A stretch of 64,000 bases of DNA from Desulfuromonadales bacterium. Its GTDB lineage: Bacteria > Desulfobacterota > Desulfuromonadia > Desulfuromonadales > SZUA-540. Below, one piece after another: positions 21,111-30,757 of the stretch. The notes below the pieces were generated by a model, which saw only the letters and a list, made by a program, of their open reading frames with translations, was not told the DNA's origin and did no database searches. Position 1 is the stretch's first letter; every line of letters begins with the position of its first letter. The position numbers and the translations under genes are program-made. The stretch is taken from assembly GCA_033549025.1 (NCBI GenBank), contig JAWSUS010000009.1:34207-98206 (forward strand). The letters are read 5' to 3'.

Positions 21111-21147
21111 CGGAACGGATCGGGGGGGAAAGGTCAAGGCGGCCGGC

Positions 21148-21810
21148 TCAGATCATGTCGATGAGGGTCTTGATCGTTTTTTCAATCCCGTCAGCCGCCT
21201 CGCTGATGTGCTCTGCCAGCATGTAGGCCGGCGTCGTGATGATTTTGTTTTTCTGGTCGATGACAATTTCCCGTACGGGACAGGTCACATGCTTGCCCCC
21301 CATGGTCTCAAGGGCCTGGGCGGTTCCCTGGTCGCTGCCGATGGTGATTTCGGGGGTAAGACGGTCGCCGCCCAGCACCTTGGCGACAAGGGCCGGGGCA
21401 ATGCAGATGGCCGCCAGCGGTTTTTTTGCCTGGACGATTTCCCGCATCAGACGTGCCACCTCGGGGTTGACCGTGCAGTCGGGCCCCTTGACGGCAAAAT
21501 CGCACAGGTTCTTCGCCGCGCCGAAACCGCCGGGGAGGACGAGGGCGTCGATGTCTGCCGCCTTCACATCCTTCAAGTTCCTGATTTTGCCGCGGGCGAT
21601 GCGGGCGGCCTCCTGCAGAACATTGCGCTGCTCGCCCGGCACGGGTTCGCCGGTGAGGTGGTTGATGACATGCATCTGGGGGATGTCGGGGGCCATAAAG
21701 ACCGCTTCGGCTCCGGCCCGGTCAATAGCCAGCAGGGTGAGGACGGTTTCGTGGATTTCGCTGCCGTCATAGACACCGCAGCCGGAAAGAATGACGCCAA
21801 TTTTAGCCAT
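21148..21810 (-). CDS. elbB: ElbB/ES1 family glyoxalase (DJ-1/PfpI superfamily)
   Basis: LSGCGVYDGSEIHE, ARIARG, PGGFGAAKNL, ICIAP, TTPAYM; GGAGG RBS; start 21810. Confidence 0.9.
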   Translation of the reverse strand: MAKIGVILSGCGVYDGSEIHETVLTLLAIDRAGAEAVFMAPDIPQMHVINHLTGEPVPGEQRNVLQEAARIARGKIRNLKDVKAADIDALVLPGGFGAAKNLCDFAVKGPDCTVNPEVARLMREIVQAKKPLAAICIAPALVAKVLGGDRLTPEITIGSDQGTAQALETMGGKHVTCPVREIVIDQKNKIITTPAYMLAEHISEAADGIEKTIKTLIDMI

Positions 21811-21901
21811 GGGACACCTCCTTTGTATGAACAGGTTCACTGATGGACAGAAAATGGGGACAGGCCGCTGGCTATGAAATTTTAAGCTGGCCTGACTTGA
21901 A

Positions 21902-21929
21902 AGCGTAGAAAATTTCCACCGTTTGTCAA
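21902..21929 (-). promoter_or_regulatory. putative sigma-70 promoter of elbB
   Basis: Minus strand TTGACA-16 nt-TACGCT. Confidence 0.5.
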
Positions 21930-21963
21930 GTTGTCCGCTCGCGAAATCGGCCCGGTTTCCCCG

Positions 21964-22557
21964 TCAGCTTCGAGAGTAGAGCACGGCCACGGCCCGGGTG
22001 GGAAGATCGGTGGTGGCAATGTAGCCGTGGGGTTCGGAGGAGTCGTAGTAGACCGAGTCGCCGGGGTTGAGTTGCATGACCTGGTCGCCGTAGCGGAATT
22101 CCAGCTGTCCTTCCAGCAGGAACAAAAACTCCTCACCATCGTGGCTGACCTGCAGATCGTCCCGCCACTGCCGGGCTTCAAATTCCACCACGAAGGGCTC
22201 CAGGTGGCGGTTCTTTTTGCCGTAGGCCAGGGAATGATAGCTGTAGGGAGGGAGCGGGTCGCCCTGCTTGCCCCATTGCCGCAGCTGACGGCTTTCGCCC
22301 GCCCGGACGAGGATGCATTTTTCCGAATCGCTCTCTTCCTGAAAAAAGGTGTGGAGTTCCACCTTGAAGGCTTTGGAGATGCGCAGCAGCGTGGCCAGCG
22401 GCGGAATGACCTGCTCGTTTTCAATCTGGGAAAGCAGGGGCTTGGACAGCCCGGTACCCTCGGCCAGATCCTGCAGAGTCATGCGGCGTTCCTGGCGCAT
22501 GCGACGGATCTTCAACCCGATCTGGAGTTCTTTCACCTCGTCCCGGATATTTTCCAT
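21964..22557 (-). CDS. XRE-family transcriptional regulator with cupin sensor domain
   Basis: HTH TLQDLAEGTGLSKPLLSQIEN; cupin HDGEEFLFLLEG...PGDSVYYDSSEPH. Confidence 0.9.
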   Translation of the reverse strand: MENIRDEVKELQIGLKIRRMRQERRMTLQDLAEGTGLSKPLLSQIENEQVIPPLATLLRISKAFKVELHTFFQEESDSEKCILVRAGESRQLRQWGKQGDPLPPYSYHSLAYGKKNRHLEPFVVEFEARQWRDDLQVSHDGEEFLFLLEGQLEFRYGDQVMQLNPGDSVYYDSSEPHGYIATTDLPTRAVAVLYSRS

Positions 22558-22704
22558 AGAGCAGTTTACCTCACTGTTTTTGCTGAGATTTTTACCCCTT
22601 GATTCCCGCTCAAGTCAAGGTATTTGTCATGCTGACGCCCGGGAGGGGCGAGCAGGAACATAAACTCTTACGGCAGCAGGGCCATTTATGTTACCCTTGG
22701 CGTT

Positions 22705-23487
22705 ATGAAAATGTTCGGAACCCCCTCTAGGAAAACCCTCTGCGCCGCGGCTGACCTCGCCGACGTCCGTGGGATATTCTTTGATCTGGACGGCACTCTG
22801 CTCGATGTGGAGATGTCTGCCTTCATCCCGGCCTATCTCAAAGGGTTGGCGGCAAGTTTTGCTGATGTGGCGCCGGCGGACAAGCTGGTCGAAGTGCTGC
22901 TGGACACGACCTGGAGTCTGCTGCGTGCCGATGACGGCAGCCGCACCAACGAGGAGGCCTACCTTTTGGCCGTGCAGCAGCAACTGGGTATTCCCCCCGA
23001 CCTCTATCGTCATCGCCTGACCGGCTATTTTCGGGAGGGTCTGGCCCCCCTGGAAGAGCATGTACGACCGCTCCCCGTCGCCCGCGATATTCTGCAGGTC
23101 TGCTTTGACAAAGGGTTGACGGTCGCTGTCGCCACTAATCCCGTTTTCCCCCGTCCCGTCGTAGAGGCCCGGCTGGCCTGGGGCGGGCTACTCGGCTTTC
23201 CCTTCCGGCAGGTGACCAGCTACGAAAACAGCCGCTACTGCAAGCCCAATCCTCGCTATTTTACCACTCTTCTGGCGGAGTTGGGGCTGCAGCCCGGGGA
23301 AACAATCATGGTCGGCAATGATACGGAGCACGATCTGGCCGCCCGGCAGGCGGGGATACGCACCTTTCTGGTCGACACCTGGCTGGAGGACAGAACCCAC
23401 AACGGCTTTGTCACCGATTATCGCGGCAGTCACCAGGACCTGCTGGCTTTCGTGGAGGACCTGGGCGAAAAAACTGACAATAATTGA
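22705..23487 (+). CDS. HAD-superfamily hydrolase
   Basis: FDLDGTLL, ATNP, KPNP, MVGND; exact start uncertain. Confidence 0.85.
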   Translation: MKMFGTPSRKTLCAAADLADVRGIFFDLDGTLLDVEMSAFIPAYLKGLAASFADVAPADKLVEVLLDTTWSLLRADDGSRTNEEAYLLAVQQQLGIPPDLYRHRLTGYFREGLAPLEEHVRPLPVARDILQVCFDKGLTVAVATNPVFPRPVVEARLAWGGLLGFPFRQVTSYENSRYCKPNPRYFTTLLAELGLQPGETIMVGNDTEHDLAARQAGIRTFLVDTWLEDRTHNGFVTDYRGSHQDLLAFVEDLGEKTDNN

Positions 23488-23512
23488 CAACATACCCGAT
23501 TTTAGCTAATCT
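23484..23512 (+). promoter_or_regulatory. sigma-70 promoter of htrA/degQ
   Basis: TTGACA-17 nt-TAATCT, near consensus. Confidence 0.65.
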
Positions 23513-23529
23513 GCCGGAGACTCCTGCTG

Positions 23530-24966
23530 ATGAAAGGAATGATCATGGGGACGATCGGAAGGCTGATTTTTTTCCTGTTTTGCCTCCCCGTGCTGGCGGG
23601 GCTTCTGGTCGCCTGCGGAGAACAGAAAAATGAGACCCGCATCGCGACGTCGGTCCGCGATCAGCAGGCCAAGCCGCCGGTGGAAGAGCCGGCCCAGGAG
23701 CTTCTCTCCACGCAGGCCTCCTTCATTGAAGTCTCGCAGAAAGTCACCCCCTCCGTCGTCAATATCAGCACGGCCCGAACCCGTTCGGCCCAGGCCCTGC
23801 CCCCCTTCTTCGAAGATTTCTTCGGCGAGTTCTTTCGGGGGCATCCCCCGATCCCGCGCAAGGAGCAGAGCCTTGGCTCGGGTGTCATCATCAGTGCGGA
23901 CGGATTCATCCTCACCAATGAACATGTCATTCGCGGCGCCGAAGAGATCAAGGTCAAGCTTTCCGACCAGCGCGTCTACGACGGTACGGTGATCGGTGGC
24001 GACCCTCGCACGGATGTAGCTGTGGTGAAAATTGAGCCCGAAGAGGATCTGCCGGCCGCCGTCCTGGGTAATTCGGACGGGCTACAGGTCGGGCAATGGG
24101 CGCTGGCCATCGGCAATCCCTTCGGTCTGGACCGCACCCTGACGGTCGGCGTCATCTCGGCGACCGGCCGCACCAATGTGGGCATCGAGGATTACGAAGA
24201 TTTCATTCAGACCGATGCCTCCATCAATCCCGGGAACTCGGGTGGCCCCCTGCTCAACATCTATGGCGAAGTGGTGGGAATCAACACCGCCATCGTCGCC
24301 TCCGGGCAGGGGATTGGTTTTGCTATTCCGATCAACCTGGCCCGGCTGATCGCCGACCAGTTGATCGAAAAGGGAGAAGTGACCCGCGGCTGGCTGGGCG
24401 TCAGCCTGCAGCCGCTCACGCCGGAGCTGGCCCGGTCCTTTGGTCTGGACAAGGTCGGCGGCGCTCTGGTCAACCAGGTCTTTGATGATTCCCCGGCGGC
24501 TGCGGCCGGCGTGCGGCGTGGCGATATCCTGCTCACCTTTGCCGGCAAGGAAATCCGCGGCGTGCGGGAGTTGCAGCTCCTGGTCGCCAGTACCCCGGCC
24601 GGCAAGACCGAAACACTGGAGGTGCTGCGCGACGGCAAGATCGTCGAGCTGGAGGTCAGACTCGCGGTTCGCGATGAAGAGGCGGCTGCCCCTAAAGTAA
24701 GCGCCGGGCAGAGCCGGGGGCTGGGAATGGTCGTCGCCGCCAACGCCGATGGTCCGGGCGTCAAAGTGGTCCAGGTCGACGAGAATAGCCCCGCGGCCCA
24801 GGCCGGTATCCGCGAAGGGGATGTCGTCCTGACGGTGAATCACGAAGATGTCAACGATGTGGCCGCTTTTGAGCGGTCGGCCAAAAAGATCACGGAAGGC
24901 AAGAACGTGGTTCTGCTCGTACAGCGCGGCGACACCACGCTCTACCTTGCTTTCCCGGCGCCCTGA
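23530..24966 (+). CDS. Do/DegQ (HtrA) family serine protease with two PDZ domains, probable lipoprotein
   Basis: LTNEHV, TDVAV, GNSGGPL catalytic triad; two PDZ domains; LVAC lipobox; true start may be 23545. Confidence 0.92.
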   Translation: MKGMIMGTIGRLIFFLFCLPVLAGLLVACGEQKNETRIATSVRDQQAKPPVEEPAQELLSTQASFIEVSQKVTPSVVNISTARTRSAQALPPFFEDFFGEFFRGHPPIPRKEQSLGSGVIISADGFILTNEHVIRGAEEIKVKLSDQRVYDGTVIGGDPRTDVAVVKIEPEEDLPAAVLGNSDGLQVGQWALAIGNPFGLDRTLTVGVISATGRTNVGIEDYEDFIQTDASINPGNSGGPLLNIYGEVVGINTAIVASGQGIGFAIPINLARLIADQLIEKGEVTRGWLGVSLQPLTPELARSFGLDKVGGALVNQVFDDSPAAAAGVRRGDILLTFAGKEIRGVRELQLLVASTPAGKTETLEVLRDGKIVELEVRLAVRDEEAAAPKVSAGQSRGLGMVVAANADGPGVKVVQVDENSPAAQAGIREGDVVLTVNHEDVNDVAAFERSAKKITEGKNVVLLVQRGDTTLYLAFPAP

Positions 24967-25029
24967 ATGGATCCGGTGGCACACGGATCGCCCTGAACTA
25001 TTATAAAAGTCACTTTTGAGGAGATAGCC

Positions 25030-25299
25030 ATGGCCAGGCTGGTAGAAAACCCGGATCTCGCGTTTCGATTGGCGCGAGCCATCATTTCCGACATTGCCCT
25101 TTACAATCAGGAAAAGGTCAAGGACGGCATCAAGAACGACAACCTCTTCGACGTTCTCGCTGACGAACTGGCGGAGGGGCGGGAACATTTCCACTCCCGG
25201 GTCACCCCCGATCTCACCAACCGGGATCACCTCTACGACCGTGCCATTGTCGATGTCATGGTCAAGCAGGCGGGAAAAATCGAAAGTTCTATCTGGTAG
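25030..25299 (+). CDS. hypothetical small helical protein
   Basis: 89 aa, GAGGAG RBS, stop abuts the rluD ATG; RLARAIISDIALYNQEKV motif. Confidence 0.8.
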   Translation: MARLVENPDLAFRLARAIISDIALYNQEKVKDGIKNDNLFDVLADELAEGREHFHSRVTPDLTNRDHLYDRAIVDVMVKQAGKIESSIW

Positions 25300-26280
25300 A
25301 TGGAAGAACGTCACCAGTTTATCTTCAGTCGCGGCCGGCCGCCCGAACGACTGGACCATTATCTGGCGGAACAGCTTCCCGAGCTGACGCGGTCCCAACT
25401 GAAAAAACTGATCGACGAAGGACGGATAACGCTCAACGGCGCTGCTGCCAAGCCGGGGGGCAAGCTGAAGGGGGGGGAGGAGATTTCCGTCACCCTGCCG
25501 GCGCCCGCCCCATCAGAGGCTATCCCCCAGGAAATTCCCCTGAAGGTCCTTTACGAGGATTCTCATCTGATCGTGATCGACAAACCGGCGGGATTAGTGG
25601 TCCATCCGGCTCCCGGCCATCAGGAGGGAACCCTGGTCAACGCGCTGCTGCATCACTGCCGTGACCTCGCCGGGATCGGCGGCGAACTGCGTCCCGGCAT
25701 TGTCCATCGTCTCGACAAGGACACCTCCGGCGTCATGGTGGCGACCAAGGACGATGAGACCCACCAGAGTCTGGCCGCCCAGTTCAAGGCGCATTCTATC
25801 TGCCGCCGCTATGTCGCTCTGGTGCACGGCCTGCTCGAGAAGGATCGCGGAACGGTGGACAGGTCCATCGGCCGTCATCCGACCCAGCGCAAGAAGATGA
25901 GCACCCAGGCGCGGTCCGGTCGTCGGGCCGTCACCCACTGGCGGGTCCTTGAGCGGTTTGAACTGGACAGGCTTACCTGGGTGGAGCTGACCCTGGAGAC
26001 GGGGCGTACCCATCAGATACGTGTTCACCTCTCCGGGTTGAATTACCCCATCGTCGGTGATCCCGTTTATGGCAGCAGCAGCCGGCTCGCGTCGTTGCGC
26101 GATGACGACTTGCGCAGGCGGATACAGACACTTGGCCGGCAGGCGCTGCATGCCCGTTTGTTGGGCTTCGTCCATCCGGCCAGTGGCGAGTACATGGAGT
26201 TCGAGAGCGCCCCGCCGGAGGATATGGGCAGTGTCCTCGCCTTTTTGCGAGAAAAACACGGGCACCAAAGCGGGCTCTGA
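25300..26280 (+). CDS. rluD: RluA-family 23S rRNA pseudouridine synthase with S4 domain
   Basis: RLDHYL S4 domain, KPAGLVVHP, HRLDKDTSG, TGRTHQIRVH, QALHA. Confidence 0.9.
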   Translation: MEERHQFIFSRGRPPERLDHYLAEQLPELTRSQLKKLIDEGRITLNGAAAKPGGKLKGGEEISVTLPAPAPSEAIPQEIPLKVLYEDSHLIVIDKPAGLVVHPAPGHQEGTLVNALLHHCRDLAGIGGELRPGIVHRLDKDTSGVMVATKDDETHQSLAAQFKAHSICRRYVALVHGLLEKDRGTVDRSIGRHPTQRKKMSTQARSGRRAVTHWRVLERFELDRLTWVELTLETGRTHQIRVHLSGLNYPIVGDPVYGSSSRLASLRDDDLRRRIQTLGRQALHARLLGFVHPASGEYMEFESAPPEDMGSVLAFLREKHGHQSGL

Positions 26281-26346
26281 TCTGAAACACAGGACGTTTA
26301 TTCAAAAAGCGTCTTATCTTTAAGAAGTTACGGAGACATTCTCATC

Positions 26347-27141
26347 ATGAAACAGGTACGCCAGGGTAAGATCACCTATCTGCAGCCGGCATGGGCCGAG
26401 GGACTCCCCCTTGCGGCCGGCTTTACCACCCGCAACGGCGGGGTCAGCCGGCCACCCTACAACTCCTTGAACCTGGGTTTCAATACGGATGACCCGGTTT
26501 ACAATGTCGAGGGCAATCGTTCCAACCTCGCCCGCGCCTTCGATTTGCAGCCGCGTCAGCTGCTGACCGTCAAACAGGTCCATGGTACCGATGTGCTCAT
26601 TATCGATGCGCCCAATCCCGATCTCTCCCATTTTCTCACCGTGGAGAGCGATGCGGTGATCACCGACCAGGCCGGCATCATGGTGGGGGTGCTGGTGGCC
26701 GACTGCTATCCCGTCCTGATTTACGACGCCAAACGCAAAGTCGCCGGCGTGGTTCATGTCGGCTGGCGCGGGGCGGCAGCGGGCATCATCGCCAAGACCA
26801 TTGGCGCCATGGAAGCCAACTTCGGCTGTCAGGCCGAGAATCTGCTGGCCGCCATTGGTCCCGGTATCGGTGCGCACAAGTATGAGGTGGATCGTCCCGT
26901 GCGTGACGCCTTCCGCCAGGGCTCCGGTTTCTGGGAGGATATTGCCAAGGAAGTGAGTTTGGGCCGCTGGCAGCTCGATTTGAAAAAGAGCTGTCTGCTT
27001 CAACTGGAAAAGGCGGGCGTAAAAAGCGGACAGATCACAGCGGCGCAGGAATGCACCTGTTGTCACCGGGAGCTCTTCTTTTCCTACCGCCGTGACAAGG
27101 GTGCGACCGGGCGGCAATTGGGTTTCATGCTCATTAAGTGA
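26347..27141 (+). CDS. pgeF: peptidoglycan editing factor / purine nucleoside phosphorylase PgeF (YfiH)
   Basis: FTTRNGGVS, QVHG, ADCYPV, HVGWRG, FFSYRR; usual position after rluD. Confidence 0.92.
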   Translation: MKQVRQGKITYLQPAWAEGLPLAAGFTTRNGGVSRPPYNSLNLGFNTDDPVYNVEGNRSNLARAFDLQPRQLLTVKQVHGTDVLIIDAPNPDLSHFLTVESDAVITDQAGIMVGVLVADCYPVLIYDAKRKVAGVVHVGWRGAAAGIIAKTIGAMEANFGCQAENLLAAIGPGIGAHKYEVDRPVRDAFRQGSGFWEDIAKEVSLGRWQLDLKKSCLLQLEKAGVKSGQITAAQECTCCHRELFFSYRRDKGATGRQLGFMLIK

Positions 27142-27169
27142 CGGGGCCTTCGCCCCGCCGCATAGTAAA

Positions 27170-27208
27170 AACGAGAAGGGGGAGCGTTATGCGCTCCCCC
27201 TTCTCGTT
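27170..27208. terminator. probable bidirectional terminator between convergent pgeF and DUF2845 genes
   Basis: Perfect 17-bp stem AACGAGAAGGGGGAGCG-ttatg-CGCTCCCCCTTCTCGTT; A-run to the left gives a U-tract on the minus strand; smaller CGGGG/CCCCG hairpin at 27142-27157. Confidence 0.75.
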
Positions 27209-27214
27209 GGATGA

Positions 27215-27532
27215 CTATTGCCGGTCGCCATGCTCGATTGTCGCCAGCGTTCCCCCCTTGAAGGTGAGAATGCGCATGAAGCTGCCCGCCCCCATGTCGT
27301 AGACCCACTGCTCAACCACCACCTTGCGGGCGGAGCCGCTGCCGAGAAAGTAATCGAAAACGGTTTCTTCTCCGACAACGTCCTTCATCAACGGTTTGCC
27401 GCATTTCTGCAGGACTTCGATCTTGGTGGCCCCTTCGGAGATAACGTAGCCATCGCAGCGCATACCCGCCGCCACCGCGATGAGGGGAGAAAAAAGTATC
27501 AACAGGACGATAGGGATGGTTGTTTTTTTCAT
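27215..27532 (-). CDS. DUF2845-like exported small protein
   Basis: Signal peptide, MRCxxxxIxxG...VLQKCGKP...EQWVYD...LTFKGG pattern. Confidence 0.75.
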   Translation of the reverse strand: MKKTTIPIVLLILFSPLIAVAAGMRCDGYVISEGATKIEVLQKCGKPLMKDVVGEETVFDYFLGSGSARKVVVEQWVYDMGAGSFMRILTFKGGTLATIEHGDRQ

Positions 27533-27543
27533 TTCCAGTTTCC

Positions 27544-28986
27544 TTATTTGCGCCAGAACGAGGGAAAGAGCAGCACTAGCACAGTGAATATTTCCAGACG
27601 CCCGAGCAGCATGCAGGCTGTCAGGACCAATTTGCCGAAGGGGACGATGTGGGCGTAGTTGTCCACCGGTCCCACCGAGCCGATACCCGGACCGATATTG
27701 CCCAGGGTGGCCACCACGGAGGCGCCGGCGGAAACCACATCCATCCCTGTTGCCGCCATGAGAAAGGAAGCGAAAACGAAGAGGCCCATGTACAGGGCGA
27801 AAAAGCCCAGAATGGCCTGCATGACCTCACGGTCGACGGGCTTTCCGCCGAGTTTGACAAGGCGGATGGCCCGCGGGTGAATGAGACGGTAGAGGCCGAC
27901 CATGGCGTGCTTGAACAGCAGCAGGATACGGGCCACCTTCATGCCGCCGCCGGTGGAGCCGGCACAGCCGCCCACGAACATGAGAAAGAGGAGCAGATAC
28001 TGGGAGAGCACAGACCATGTTTCGTAATCGGCGGTACCAAAACCGGTAGTGGTGAGAATGGAAGTGGTCTGAAAGGCGCTGTATCGCAGGTTGTCGACCA
28101 GGGAGGTGTAGACGCTGCCGTGATTGAGAAAGGCAAGAATAACAGTCACGCCGAGAGTCAGGGCGAGGTAGAAGAGGAATTCCTCGTTGCGGTAGACTTC
28201 CCGTAGTTTTCCACGCAGGGCCTGGAAATGCAGGGCAAAGTTGACCCCGGCCAGGAACATGAAGAAGGTGATTACCCAGTCGATGTAGGCGTTGTCGTAG
28301 GCGGCGACCGAGGCGTTGCGGGTGGAGAAGCCTCCCGAGGACAGGGTCGAAAAGGAGTGGGAGAGGGCTTCGTAGAAGTTCATGCCTCCCAGCATGAGCA
28401 GGCCCGTCTCCACGGAGGTCAACAGCACGTAGACCCCCCACAGCAGCTTGGCCGTATCCTGAATGCGCGGTTTGAGACGGTCCGCCGTGGGGCCGGGGAC
28501 TTCGGCCTTGAACAACTGCATGCCGCCGACCCCCAGCATGGGCAGAATGGCCAGAGACATGACGATGATCCCCATGCCGCCGAGCCACTGGGTCAGCGAG
28601 CGCCAGAGGAGAACACTTTGCGGCAGGCCTTCGATGGCCGTCAGAATAGTGGCTCCTGTCGTGGTGAAACCGCTCATGGTTTCGAAGCAGGCGTCCACCG
28701 GGTTGGTGATGGCACCGCTGAAGAGATAGGGCAGGGCCCCGAACAGGGCATAAAAGAGCCAGCCGAAGGTGACCACGGCGAAGCCCTCGCGCACGGAGAG
28801 CTCTTTTTCCGAGCGGCAGCCGAAAAACATGGCCAGTCCCGAAGCCAGCGTGACCAGCGAGGCCAGGCCGAAAGCGGCGGCAGCCCCGTCGGCGAAGTAG
28901 AAAGAGAAGGGGATGGGAACAAGGATCGCGGCCGATAAAAAGAGCAGCATGGCCCCGAGAATGCGAAAGGTCAGCAGCACGTTCAT
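27544..28986 (-). CDS. trkH: Trk potassium uptake membrane protein
   Basis: FETMSGFTTTG, WLGGMG, GGCAGSTGGG, GNIGPG, LGRLE. Confidence 0.95.
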   Translation of the reverse strand: MNVLLTFRILGAMLLFLSAAILVPIPFSFYFADGAAAAFGLASLVTLASGLAMFFGCRSEKELSVREGFAVVTFGWLFYALFGALPYLFSGAITNPVDACFETMSGFTTTGATILTAIEGLPQSVLLWRSLTQWLGGMGIIVMSLAILPMLGVGGMQLFKAEVPGPTADRLKPRIQDTAKLLWGVYVLLTSVETGLLMLGGMNFYEALSHSFSTLSSGGFSTRNASVAAYDNAYIDWVITFFMFLAGVNFALHFQALRGKLREVYRNEEFLFYLALTLGVTVILAFLNHGSVYTSLVDNLRYSAFQTTSILTTTGFGTADYETWSVLSQYLLLFLMFVGGCAGSTGGGMKVARILLLFKHAMVGLYRLIHPRAIRLVKLGGKPVDREVMQAILGFFALYMGLFVFASFLMAATGMDVVSAGASVVATLGNIGPGIGSVGPVDNYAHIVPFGKLVLTACMLLGRLEIFTVLVLLFPSFWRK

Positions 28987-30339
28987 CTATTCAAAAAACC
29001 TTTCCACCTTGGCGAGGGCGCCGGGGAGGGCGAAGATAACGACGCGGTCTCCCTCTTTGAGCCGGCTTTCGCCGCTGGGGATTTCATAGGTGGTGCCGCG
29101 GACGATGGCGCCGATGATGGCGCCGGTGGGGAAATGTAGATCCTGCAGGGTCTTGTTCTCGATGCCGCTGCCATGCTTGACTTCGATTTCAAGCACTTCG
29201 GAGTTGCTCCCTTCGACGGTGGCCAGGGAAATGACGCCGCCGCGGCGCACGTATTTGAGAATGGCGCCGGCGGCGGCCAGGCGCGGCGAGACGCTGGCGT
29301 CAAGACCGAGGGTGGGGGCCAGGTTGACCAGTTCTGGGTTGTTGACCAGGGCGAGGGCACGGCGGGCGCCGTGTTTTTTGCACAGCAGCGAACAGAGGAT
29401 GTTTGTCTCGTCGTTGTCGGTGACGGCGATGAAGACATCGGCGTTTTCCACGCCCTCGTCGATGAGGGTACGGATATCCGTGCCCTCGGCGTGAATAACC
29501 ATGGTCCGGTCGAGTTTGGCCGAAAGCTTGATGCAGCGATCTTCGTTGCGGTCGACCAGTCGCACATCGAAGCGACGCTTCTCCAGCATCTCGGCGATGC
29601 GCAAACCGATATGGCCGCCGCCCAGAATGAAGATGCGCGGTTTTTTGCTGACCTGGTCCTCTTCCAGCTTGAGCATGTACTGGATGGCCGGCATGTCCTT
29701 CTGGTGCGCAAAGATGAAAATGCGGTCCCCGGCCTGGATGGTGTCGTCCCCGCGGGGAATGATGGTTTTGTCCCCACGGCTGATGGCCGTGACGACAAAG
29801 CGGTAGATGCCGCGAATCTCCCCGAGCTCCTTGAGGGTCAGGTCGCACAGGGGACTCGATTCGCCGATGCGGTAGCCGATGAACTGAATCTGACCCTCGA
29901 CGAACTCCGCCACATCGAAGGCACCGGAGCGGCAGGCGATTTTGCTGATCTCCTCGGCAACGGCGTCGTCCGGGTTGATGAGCAGATCGATGCCGAGTTT
30001 CTCTTTGGACAGCACCGCGCCACCGCCGCTGTACTCGATGCTCTTGACCCGGGCTACCCGGGTGGGAACGCCGTACTCGCGGGCGAGCAGGCAGGCCAGG
30101 ATGTTGACCTCGTCCATGTCCGTGACGGCGATGAAAATGTCCGTATCCTTGATGCCGGCCTGTTCAAGGGATTCGGCGCTGGCGCCGTTGCCGACGATCC
30201 CCATGACGTTCAGACGGTCCTGGGTGCGCTGAAGATGGTCGCTGTCGCGGTCGATGAGGGTGACCTCGTGCCCTTCAAGGCTGAGGCGCTCACAGAGGAA
30301 ATAGCCGACCTGGCCGGCTCCGATTATGAGTATCTTCAT
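28987..30339 (-). CDS. trkA: Trk potassium uptake NAD-binding gating protein
   Basis: Two RCK_N (GAGQVG, GGGHIG) and two RCK_C domains; adjacent to trkH. Confidence 0.95.
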   Translation of the reverse strand: MKILIIGAGQVGYFLCERLSLEGHEVTLIDRDSDHLQRTQDRLNVMGIVGNGASAESLEQAGIKDTDIFIAVTDMDEVNILACLLAREYGVPTRVARVKSIEYSGGGAVLSKEKLGIDLLINPDDAVAEEISKIACRSGAFDVAEFVEGQIQFIGYRIGESSPLCDLTLKELGEIRGIYRFVVTAISRGDKTIIPRGDDTIQAGDRIFIFAHQKDMPAIQYMLKLEEDQVSKKPRIFILGGGHIGLRIAEMLEKRRFDVRLVDRNEDRCIKLSAKLDRTMVIHAEGTDIRTLIDEGVENADVFIAVTDNDETNILCSLLCKKHGARRALALVNNPELVNLAPTLGLDASVSPRLAAAGAILKYVRRGGVISLATVEGSNSEVLEIEVKHGSGIENKTLQDLHFPTGAIIGAIVRGTTYEIPSGESRLKEGDRVVIFALPGALAKVERFFE

Positions 30340-30442
30340 GGGGTCCGCTGCTTAGAGGTTGAAAGTTCGGCGCATTTTGCGCTAATAGATGGCATACTTT
30401 GGAAGATTGTGCAAGACGAGCCATTTTGGCGAAGGGGGTTTC

Positions 30443-30739
30443 ATGGATTTTTTTCTGGAAGTATCTGAAGAGGATATCCGCCGGGAGCGTGCCAAGGCCC
30501 GTGAGCTGCGCCAGAGCCAGTGGTGGAAAAACCGCATCGCTGCCGGGCGCTGCTACTACTGTGGTGCCGAAGTTCCACCCAAGGAGCTGACGCTGGATCA
30601 TATCGTCCCCCTGATCCGGGGCGGCCGCAGCACCAAAGGCAACTGCGTGCCGGCCTGCAAGGAGTGCAACAGCAAAAAGCAGAGCCTTTTGCCTCTGGAG
30701 TGGGAGGACTACCTGACTCATCTGCAGTCGCAGAAATAG
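30443..30739 (+). CDS. small HNH endonuclease-domain protein
   Basis: CYYCG...TLDHIVPLIRGG...NCVPACKECNSKK; start moved to MDFFLE (AAGGGGG RBS). Confidence 0.88.
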   Translation: MDFFLEVSEEDIRRERAKARELRQSQWWKNRIAAGRCYYCGAEVPPKELTLDHIVPLIRGGRSTKGNCVPACKECNSKKQSLLPLEWEDYLTHLQSQK

Positions 30740-30757
30740 CCGCACCCGTATCCTGTT

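Noticed and set aside
30443..30739. HNH gene as a mobile element, toxin or defence system
   Set aside because: Host-like composition; no flanking repeats, methylase, intron or clear immunity gene; looks like a small housekeeping-type HNH protein
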